64,000 bases of DNA from Lytechinus pictus (Eukaryota). Of this stretch, positions 39,201-51,200 are shown one piece after another. The notes beneath the pieces were generated by a model. The model made no database searches and was not told the DNA's origin. It was given only the letters and a program-made list of their open reading frames with translations. The DNA is taken from NCBI RefSeq assembly GCF_037042905.1, contig NC_087250.1:9178001-9242000 (forward strand). Direction: 5' to 3'. How positions within the stretch are numbered: the stretch's first letter is position 1; each line of letters begins with the position of its first letter. The translations under genes and the position numbers were made by a program.

Positions 39201-42200
39201 AGGTGAATGGGTACCAGCAGGAAGTAATTCCTCAAAAAGCTGTGTGCACCAGAATCGGTAGCCTATCTTAGCCTGGGTAATATTGCATCGCCTTGAGCAC
39301 CTATCAAGGTGCGCTATACAAATACCATATTATTGTCATCATCATTAACTACATGTACTAAAAAAATAATTATTTTTTTTCCTTTGCAGACCCCATGATG
39401 AAACGACGGAAGTCAGCACGACATCGACGCAAAGGACAACCAACAAACGTGGGAAGTACAATGTCATGCCAAAGAGATTAAAAAAGAAACCGTGGAGGAA
39501 AGAAGAACAGTGGCAAAGGGAGGAAGAAATAACCAGGAGACAAGAAGAACGCAGGAAGGACCGGAGGTTCGAGATCCTGCAGGAGCAGCAGATGCACCAG
39601 CAGCAGCAGTTTCAGAAGCAGCAGCAACGGTTGCAGCAACAGTTTCAGATGCAACAACAGCAGTATCAAGAGCAGCAGCAACTGATGCAGCAGCAGCTAC
39701 TCCAGCAGCAACAGATCATGCAGCAACAAGTCAACCAAAATCAGGCAATGATGATGGCGGTACTTAACCCTTCGAGCCAGAGAGGCCGAAGAAAGCCGAC
39801 TGCGCAGTGAAGCTGCAGATACCATAAAGGACGGTATTCCGGCCTGGAGCCATGTGGCTAGAAGGACACCGTTGAGGGTGTGTACTTAAAAGAAACCAGA
39901 GCCATTGTGAAAATCAATCTTATTGGAAAGAGTAATATGAGAGGAGCACTTTACTACAAGTTTCATCAAAATCGGTCATACGAGAGTTATTGAAGGTTGA
40001 AATGTCTTGTTATTTCTATGGGGATCCTCAGATTGGCAAACATCCCTCAAAATGACTGACTTTGTGGACAACTCTCCATTTATCTTGTGCACAAATTGTT
40101 ATATTTCCCTCATTATCTTTCAAATCATATATTGGCCCCTTCTGAGCACAGCATGGGGGTATATATAGTAGTGCCAGAAAGTTAGTGAACCCCACAACAA
40201 AATGCATTCCTTCGTGCCGAGTGTTGAATGTAGACAACAACACTACAATCTTGGCCGAGCCCAGAGAAACAAATTGTATTGAATACGATATTTTATCACC
40301 TGACTTCACACTTAAATATAACATGGCAGAACTTGGGATACTTTTAAATAATGTCTGTTCATTCTCTGGTGGGGTTCACTAACTTTTAGCTCCATTGTAA
40401 TTCACACCCCACATGTCAAGGCCGGGAGGAGAAAATCAGAAATTATGTAAAATAAAGGGGAAAATCTAATCTACAAAAAAAATATGGAGGGTTGTGTACT
40501 AACTCTGCAATTTTCAAGCATGTTTGCCAATTTGAGGATCCAACAAGACTGTTCAAGCTTCCATAACTCTCCTATTTTATCACATATTTTGATGAAAACT
40601 GTTTTAAACTGCTCCTCTCGTTTTTCTTTTTTCCAACTAGGAGGAATATCTCCTAGGGTTTTTGTTTACTGACTCAGGGAAAAGATAGAGTAAGATTATA
40701 GTTATGATCACACAGAGTCCTGTGAATTTTACATTTTTGGGCTCCGTTGCATAACAGAATGACGTTGCCATCCAATGGTAACTTGTATGGAATCCTTGAT
40801 TTTGACTGGCTGTTGATAAGCATCACCATGGTAGTTTCCATTGGATGGCAAAGTTACTATTAAAATTTTATGCAACAGGGCCCAGGTTACACATGAGGAC
40901 TAATGTATTATCTCTTAACCCGAGACATATTGAAATAGTGTGCGCCTGTCTGTAGAGTAGCTGTCTATTTTACCTAGTACGTACAGTATTTACAGTATAT
41001 GTAATTTATTAATTATCTACACAGGTGACGTTTGATTAAAATTATAAGGGCATGTCTGTGCAGTAGCCATTCATTTTACACATGGTTTGTTTATGTGGAT
41101 TAACTCTTAATATGCAAGACAAATCGAGAGTTCTGTCAAGAATTGATTCTTCAGGCCGCCTCACACCTCATGACTAGTCTATGACCAAATCTATTCAATT
41201 CAATTCAATTTAATAATTCAATCATCATTAGGTACATGTACAAACAATTACATACCAATATAGATAATTATACAAATACTAAATATAAAAATAAAATGAT
41301 GGTTTGGTGACCCCGGAGAAAGCAGAGCTTATAAAAAAGGGCCACCGAGTTAAAATGTACACTGAAAATATACAATAAATAATGATAATTACACTAAGTA
41401 CACCGATGCAACAGCCAGAAAAAAAGGGGGGGGGGGCAGGGGGGACTTTCAATGAGATAACAACAAATAATTGACTGAAGGTTTTTTAAACACAGGTTAA
41501 TAATTTTCTAATAATTTCTTCATCTTCTACACGGAGTGTAATAAATAATAGTAATACCACCCGCAGAGTTGTGTATAGTAGAGCTGAACTGTTGGATCTA
41601 CGCTGCATGCATCGAATTGACCCATGTACTTGGAAAGCAATCACAACACTTGGGATCTCGAGTAGACGCCCTAGGCACAGGGGCTTCAAAGGAGGCAGAC
41701 GCATACGAAGGCATGCTGAAACCTTCAACAAGGCTTCCAATTCCTCCCAAGATCATTCTGTTCCATCTCTGGGCTCTGGACATTGTCATATGGTGCTTTG
41801 GAATGCGAGATCTCTTAAGAAGAAAATGCACATGGTGACTGACTTAGTAATGTCACAACATGTGGATATCCTGGCACTTACTGAAACATGGCTGACAGGT
41901 GATGAACGTGACGGCCGGGTCTTATCTGATTTCTCCAACGACCTCCCATCTCACCAGTTCATTAGCTCACCAAGAATAAAGAGATCGGGTGGTGGTGTCG
42001 GTGTATGCCTTCATCGAAATTTCACCATTCTTGGAAAGGACTTTGGCACTCTTGAATCGTTTGAATATCTCAATGTTCTCATTTCAGCTGAACATCAAAA
42101 GCCTCTTCGCCTGGTGGTGATCTACAGACCACAGAGAACTATAGATCGACGATCAACGTCTTCCATCTTTCTTGATGAATTTGCTACCTTTCTTGAAGGA

Positions 42201-45200
42201 CTGGCTTCTGAACCCAACCATCTTGTGATCTGCGGCGACTTTAATTTTCATGTCAACGATGATAGAGATCGAGAGGCAGTTTTGTTTCTGGACCTGATTT
42301 CATCTGCTAACTTGATCCAGCACATTGACTTTCCTACCCATCGGAAGGGTCATACTTTGGACTTGATTCTTACAAGAGCATCTGATGATGTAATTTCTAA
42401 TGTGTCATCATCAAACTTTCTTCCTTCTGACCACTCATCTGTCAGCTGCCAACTTAATGTCAAGAAGCCGGATTCAATCAAAATTGAGATCAGTTTTCGC
42501 AAACTGAAAGACATTGACATCCAAGCTTTCCGTGAGGACATTCTAGAATCTGAACTTTACAGATCACCTGCTTATGACCTTGAACAGCAGGTTGTTCAGT
42601 ATAACATGGTACTACAAGATCTACTTGATAAGCATGCTCCTCTGATTACTAGATGTGTAACTGCAAGGCCTCACTCACGTTGGTTCACTGACGATCTTCG
42701 GAAAAGTAAGCAGAGGGTTAGACGACTAGAGAGAAGATATCGTCACTCCAAAGCAGAAATCGACCGCCAGATCCTGAAGGATGAATGTCGTCTCTATAGC
42801 AACCAACTTGCCGAGGCTAAAACAGAGTATTACTCTGAACAACTTGACGACTGTGATGCTCATCAGCTTTTTCAAAGAGTTGATCATTTGTCTTCTACCT
42901 CAGCAAGGAAAGTCCTACCATCAGATGATGACCCACATCGATCTCTTGCTGATCGTTTTTCAAATTTCTTCAGCGTGAAGATTGATGTCCTTGTACGGTC
43001 CCTTGAGAGTCTACCATCAAGCAATCTCGACCACGTCAATTTTCGAAGCACCCATCATAGGTTTAATGCTTTTTCTCCTGTAACACAGGGCCAAGTTCAC
43101 AGAGTTATCAAAGAATCTCGTTCAACTTCCACTCGACTCGACCCAATACCTACTTGGCTACTTAAGAACTGCATTAATGAGTTAACTCCTGTTATAACAG
43201 CTATTGTGAATGCTTCCCTCATCAATGGTCATTTTCCTGATTCACTCAAGCATGCTCATGTAACTCCACTCTTGAAGTCCACAAAACTGAGTTCTGATGA
43301 TCTAAAGAGCTACAGACCTGTCTCCAATCTTCAGTTCCTGGGAAAGACTGTAGAGAGACTTGTGTTAAAACAACTCCAGGAGTATTTGTCTGAGCATAAT
43401 CTATATTCTGAGAAGCAGTCAGGATACCGACCGCATCATAGTTGTGAAACTGCCTTGCTTAGAGTTTCGAACGATATCCTTCTTTCCCTCGATAAAGGCG
43501 ATGAAGCGATTCTGTTGCTGTTGGACTATTCTGCAGCCTTTGACACGGTGAGTCATGATGCCCTTCTAAGTCGTTTACATGAAAGATTTGGACTTGACAA
43601 CTCAGCTCTGGAATGGTTTCGTTCTTACCTCGCTAATAGAACCCAGTCTGTTTTTGTTAATGGCTCTGAATCGATTGTCAGCTTCTCTAACTTCGGAGTA
43701 CCTCAAGGGTCCGTCATCGGTCCGATAGCATTTACACTCTTCTCATCTCCTTTAGAGGATGTCATCAAACACCATGGAATATCATGTATGACTTATGCAG
43801 ATGACACTCAAATTTACCTAGTGTTGAAGAAGGAGGACCACGCTGTGGCGCTACAAAGACTCAGTGCATGTTTTACAGACATTAAGAATTGGTCCATACA
43901 GAATGGATTAAAGTTAAATGAACGTAAAACAGAATGTTTACACTTTGTGAGTAGGCATAGGACTTGTAGTCCGATTGGCGATATTTCTTTTGATGGTACT
44001 AATATAGAATGCTCTGCGGCTGCTAGAAACCTAGGGGTCATGTTTGATAATAATATGTCTCTAAAGACCCATGTGAACAACGTATGCAAATCTGCCTCGT
44101 TTGCATTGCATAAAATCGGCAGCATCCGTCAATTTCTTACAAAAAAGACCACCCAGAGGCTTGTTCAGGCACTGGTCATGTCTCGCATTGACTTTTGCAA
44201 CAGTCTTCTGTATGGTCTACCTGATACACAGATTAACAAACTGCAGAGAATACAAAATTCAGCAGCTAGGCTTATTGCTAAACGTCGTTCACGTGAGTCT
44301 GTCACTCCACTGCTAAGGGAGCTTCATATGCTAAGGGTTCGTGAACGAATTGATTTTAAGATCCTCTTGCTTACTTTCCAATGTTTGATAAAATCAGCTC
44401 CAGTCTACCTTCAACAATTAATATCAGAATACTCACCCTCCCGCAACTTGCGCTCATGCAAAAAATCACTCTTAAAAGTTCCTGCCATCAACACCCAGTC
44501 TTATGGTTCCCGATCTTTTTGTTCAGCATCCCCTCAACTTTGGAACAACCTTCCTCAGAGCATAAAACAAGCAGACTCAACTGACAAATTCAAATCTATG
44601 TTAAAAACTCATCTTTTCGTTAAATAGATCATCCTTAGCATATGCGGCTTCAACTGTCTACTTTCAACTGTTAACATGTATAATTTGATTTTAGCTGAAA
44701 TTTCTTGTCTTCCTATGTATTTTCCTTAAGCGCTTAGAGACATTCTTTGTGATAAGCGCTATATAAATGATGTTAATTATTATTATAAGTCTCTTGAACC
44801 TAGAAAGAGTTGATCTCTTTCTAAGAGCAAATTGCAGTTTGCCTATTTTTTTTAAATAGGCATATGAATAGAATCTTTTTTATTTGTGGTTCAAAAAAGT
44901 TTAAGAATACTAATACCAAAATTGTTTCTAATATTCGGAGCCTTTATTGAGGAGTAAAGCCCAAATTTGTTTCAAATCATAGCCGATTGTACATTTTATT
45001 GTGACGTCATCGCGATTAGATATGTTTAATTTACCCTAATTCAAAATAAGAAGGGCTGTATTGTCATGGTTTTGAATAATAGTATTCATATGATGAAAGG
45101 AAATCTGCGGAGTAAGATTTTCCATGCGTCAATTCTCGGATCGATGTTGCGTCATTCCATTTTAAAATTGAATTGGTAGACTAGTCGTAAGGTGTGCAGT

Positions 45201-48200
45201 GGCCTTAAACCCTTTAACCCTTTCAGACCTAAGCCTGACAACACTCGGGGTCAGTGTCTATGGAAAATGTGCATCTTATTTAAATCAGATATGTTGAACA
45301 GGTTAAAATGCCAAGATAATGCTCTACACTTGTGGATTGTACATAATCTGTGTAAAAATGTCTACTTTGGTGCCCATGGGCAAATTTGCCATTTTAAAGG
45401 TCAAGTCCACCCCAGAAAATGCTGACTTGAATAAATAGAGAAAAATCAAACTAGCATAGTGCTGACAATTTCGTCAGAATCGGATATAAAATAAGAAAGT
45501 TAAGACATTTTAAAGTTTCGCTTATTTTTTACAAAACAGTGATATGCACAACTAGGTGAGTCAGTCGATGATGTCCATCACTCACTATTTCTTCTGTTTT
45601 TTATTGTTTGAATGACACACTAATTCATTTTTTATAGCTTTGACTGAACCATAAAGTATCAAAAAATGCTAATCCCACATGTTCAGGGAGGAATTAATCG
45701 TTGTATCACTTGACAATGAGGAGAAAATTAGAATATTTAATATAATATATACAAAAGAAATAGTGATTGGATGATGTCATAGTCTCCTCATTTGCATACC
45801 AGCCAGGATGGGCATGTAACTGTTTTGTGAAATTAAGCGAAACTTTAAAATGTCATAACTTTCTTATTTTACATCCGATTTTATGCTTGTTGGATTTTTC
45901 TCTTTTTATTAAAATCAACTTTTTGTTGGGGTGGACCTGTCCTTTAAAGAGAGACTGAACTTCTTGGAATTATAGTACATAGTTTACTGCCAGTAAAATG
46001 TGTACACTGTATGTGCATTTAGAAACTCCTTACACACACACACTCATACATTCTTTTACATGCACATGTATATGTGGTGAGGCAATATATTTTACTATTA
46101 AACAACTGATATTAAATACACTTGTAGAGGCTGAACTTCAAGGAGATTACATATTTTACTCTGCCAGAAAAAGGTATCATATTGTAGAGCTCTGTATTTA
46201 AAACCTCCTGATACCTGCAATTTCATTTTCATGCACATATGTTTATGTTTATAGGCAATATATTTTAGAAATAAACAACTGAACAATTATCATTAAAGAA
46301 AGACTGGACTTCTAGGTGATCTAGCTCTAAATTACTACGCATGCAAAAAGGTATAGACTGTACGTGTAGGTGTATATAGAAAATATTGATACACACACAC
46401 TTTCTTTACATGTACATATTATGCATAATTATGTTACCAGGTAATATATTTTACTAATAAAACTACTAATATTTGAAGAGTCACATCATATAATTAATGG
46501 TTTTAGGATCCCTTTCGTGGTTCAGCTTGTGACTAGGGTGGAGCGTTGTGGCCCAGTGGATAAGTCTCCGAACTTTGAAACAGAGGGTCGTGGGTTCAAA
46601 TCCCAGCCATGTCGTAGTTTCCTTCAGCAAGAAATATATCCACATTATGCTGCACTCAACCCAGGTGAGGTGAATGGATACCTGACAGGAATTCATTCCT
46701 TGAAATGCTGAGCGCTGGAAGCTAGCTGCTTGAGCTACATGTACAGTCGGGGTAATAATATCCAAGTCATTTGGAGGCGCATAGAGACGTTATTCATAAT
46801 GTGTTGTGGGCTATACAAGAACTGACTATTATTATTAGGGTCTATTTTTTTACAACTTTTTTTAGAAATTCATCATTACCATTATTTAAACGGGAATAAT
46901 AAAATGTACTGTTAAAATGTACTGTACATAGAAATAGAAGGGAAAAGGGAAATACTAAAGCTCCAGAATTTAGAACATACTTATGAATTAGTTTTCTCAT
47001 ATGCATTGTTTGAAAAAAAGAAACCCCTCAAATGAAAGGTAGAATATGTGCATTTATGATATTTATTTTTAATTCCATTGTCGGTCCCACCCACATTCTA
47101 CATGTATTTAATATGTATTTCATATCATATATTTTTGTATTATCTTTTATAATAATTTATGAGGTTCTTTTCGGGTCAAAGTATTTGTATATTAATATAT
47201 TTTTTACTCTGCTTTGTATTTAGATGTCTTGTGATTTCCTGATATAATGTGATGTCATTGATACACGAATGTGGAAAATGAACTCTCTATGGACATATTT
47301 CTTTAAGATTACATTGCACAGATGACTTTTCTGATGTGAAATCTATTGGGAACTCATATATCTGGTTGAATTAGGAGAATTCTCACCTGTAAGCTGTTAA
47401 TTACACGTCTAAAATACTTTCTTGAGTTTAATATGCAAGTTTACCTATGCATGTACATGTATTTATATATATGTAACATTACGTAATTTTGTTATGAATC
47501 AAGAGACCCTACGTCTTTTCACAGAAATTTATTGAAATAAATAAGCGAAGATAAGAAAATTTAATAAAAACGACTCTATAGCGTACCTCTTTCAATACCA
47601 GTATTCTAATGTATTTATTTTTTCAAGAAAATAAAACGCAGGAATGAACATTGCAAAGGATAGTCATAAGAGGATGACTAACTTCGACATATGTTATTCA
47701 GCATCGGAAATAAATGTGTATTTATAAAAAAATGGTTGAATTCTACTGATTTTGATTTATTTTAATTTGTCAGATTTGTGTATTGAAAATGCCAAATCTG
47801 TTTGAATTTTCAATCTGGGCTCCTCGGCAAAAAGATAAGAGAGCAATCGCTAAATGGACTGACCAATCAATATCAATGTTACATGGGCATTTGGTTTAAA
47901 ATAGTGAGCAGTAACCAATCGGAAGTGTTCTTTCATATTTGCTATTCATCGCTAAGCTTTGTTTTACAGGACCCAGGGGCCCGTAACACAAAGCTTAGCA
48001 ATGATCGCAGAACATGTTTTTTACGATTGATTGCATCGACTACAAAGTACAATTAATCGTGGAAATCAAGCGTACGATTGATCGCTAGACTTTGTGGTAC
48101 GGACCCCTGCAGTTGTTTGCTCAGGTGAGAGGGGTATTGGTAGAGGGGACCACCACCTTATTATTATTCAAGTAGTGAAAAAAAAGGGGGAAAAAAGAGG

Positions 48201-51200
48201 AAGAAAGGGTAGAGAGCAGTGCTTCCACTCTTCCAGGAAATTCCAGGAAGTTTTGCTACTTTCCAGGATCATTCCAGGAAGTTTTCCAGGAAATATATCA
48301 TTTTCAAGAATGATATATTATCTGAATATTATGTCAAAATCTATAACAAAATTGGATCATTTTAATTAAAATGTCAAAATTTTTGCTGGCTCGCTTAGCT
48401 CGCTCGCAACACTTAATAAACATTGCCCGTTACGTCATGTTTTGCCCCCTCAAAATTTTTGGCTCAATTACGGCACTTGGCCCTCTATTTCATTTTTGTG
48501 TTTATAGAAGAGAATTATAACTTATAGAAGACTAGAGAACCGTTCATAAAATTCCAGGATATTTTTTCTAAAATTCCAAGAACTTTCAAAGTAAATTCCA
48601 AGAAGTTCCGTTTTGAAAAGTGGAAGCACTGGTAGAGAGGAGAAAGGATATCATAACCAGAGAGATGCAGGTTGTGTAACTTTGTACTACCAGTCCTGTA
48701 CTGTGCAGTTCAGGTGAGAAAAAGTGGGGCATCTTCCCCTCCCCCACCCTATGACAATATCAATTGAATTCATATACAAATTTATTTAACTCTTCGCATG
48801 CTGAATGAATTTTGGAGGGATAATGACACTTGTTTCCATGTTATTTTCTATAATTTAAGATTTCCATACTGCACTATTGATACTTATTTGTATTATGTAG
48901 ATGTTATCCAAGAACTATTGCCTCTTATTAGCTTATCTACTTTGAAGGTAGGGGAGAAAACGAATTATTACGATTGTTGAATTTAATTGTACGAATGTGG
49001 AAGATTGCGACATCAACGCGCGAAGGGTTAAGTAAAGCAGTCATAAACATACAGATATACAAATTTGATTTAAAAAACATGGGACTGGGAGCCCCTGGAA
49101 GTAAAAACATAAACATGTGGGTGGGGCACCACCATTATACAATTAAATACAAAACACATAGAAAGAGTAAACAACAAATAACATTGAAATACAATGCAAA
49201 AAAAAAGAAACAATGCTTGGCTAATATAAGGCAAATAAATGAGCAATAATAATTATACATGTAAATCATAGTGACCTTCAGTGTGCTATTGGCAGGGTTA
49301 TCATACTGAGAGAGAAAAAAAAATCATCTTTCAGAAGTTTTTTAAATTTATTTAAAGTTTTACTTTGTTTGATATCATTTCATAGCTTGATTCCTCTACA
49401 ATGGAGAGAATTGGGGTAATTTTAGTCTTTGGAATATAATAATATCCAGGCACATCCACATTTGATTGTGCATGTATGATGATGAGAAGGATGGGTAGGA
49501 GTGACTACTAATGGAAATGGCTGATATTGCAAAAAAGGTCCAGTCTGCTGTTTGTACAAGGTAAACAAAAATGAAAATATATATATATATTTTTTAACTA
49601 AAGAGACAAAATAGAACTCTTGCACCCCTGATAAACCTTCAGAGACACAGCACATCCAAACCTTTACCATGGCAGTACACAAGGAATCATTGTGGAGCGT
49701 TGTGGCCAGTGGATTAGTATTCTGACTTTGAAACAGTGGGCCATGGGTTCGAATCCCAGCCATGGCGTAATTTCCTTCAGCAAGAAACTCATCCACTTTG
49801 TGCTGCACTCAACCCAGGTGAGGTAAATGGGTACCTGGTAGGAAGAATGCTTGAGCGCCTAGGCAGCTCAGCTAAAGCTAGGTTAAAGGTCAAGTCCACC
49901 CTACAAAAATGTTGATTTGAATAAATAGAGAAAAATCAAACTAGCAGAACGCTGAAAATTTCATCAAAATCGGATGTAGAATAAGAAAGTTATAGCATTT
50001 TAAAGTTTCCCTTATTTTTCACAAAACAGTGATATGCACAACTCAGTGACATGCAGATGAGTCGGTCAATGATGTCCATCACTCACTATTTCTTTTGTTT
50101 TTTATTGTTTGAATTACACAATATTTCATTTTTTACAGATTTGACAATAAGGACCATCTTGACCGAACCATATAGTATTAAACAAGGCTAACTCCACATG
50201 TTCAGGGAGGAATTAATCATTGTTTCATTTGACAATGAGGGAAAAATTAGAATATTTCATATAATAAAATACAAAACAAATAGTGAGTGGATGACGTCAT
50301 CAGTCTCCTCATTCGCATACTGACCAGGATGTGCATATAACTGTTTTGTGAAATTAAGCAAAAGTTTAAAATGTCATAACTTTCTTATTTTATATCCGAT
50401 TTTGATGAAATTTTCAGCGCTATGCTTGTTTGATTTTTCTCTTTTTATACAAATCAACTTCTTGTTGGGGTGGACTTGTCCTTTAACAATGAAAGCAGGG
50501 CCCGCTGGGAGAACAGTTTTCGAAACTGAAGTGGCTACCCTGGGTAAATATACCTATATTATTAGTAGTATTATTGTGATTATGAATATCTGTATTTTCC
50601 TCTTCTTTCCTTACAGAGACTTGAAAAATGCGTAGTACAGAAGGAACAGATTGAAAGTGATCTTTATGGAAAGGTAATTAGGTCCCCTTTTCACAGAACT
50701 GTTAGTTTCAGGGGGTGAAACCCCCAAAATGTGATTGATTAGATTAGATTTTTGCGCTTTGATGCTAATACTTATTTAACATGTTTTGGAGTAATAAACT
50801 TTCGGAATAGATAAACCTAGGAATTAAAGCATATATGGGCCTATATATATAGTTGTTAATTAGTAGGATATTTAAGGGGGAAGTGGCACTAAATAAGATT
50901 TCCCCCTAGAAATAAGATCTGTGAGACTTATACGAATGATGAGCCTGGCATGTTTTCCAAATTTTGAAAGAAAAATAGGATTTTAGGCTTGAAAGTAGGA
51001 TTAAAAAAAAAAGATTTCTCACCGTGACAATAATGGTTGGGAGCTCTGACATGTGCCTTCCTCTGGAATATTTTGAGTCAAGCTATTGCCTATTTGAAAA
51101 TGACGTGGACCCCATCCAATCCCGTAAATGGTAACTTTTTATGAACAATATTGTGAGCCTACCATCCTTTCACCCTTTTCTTTATCATCAGTTTGCTGTC

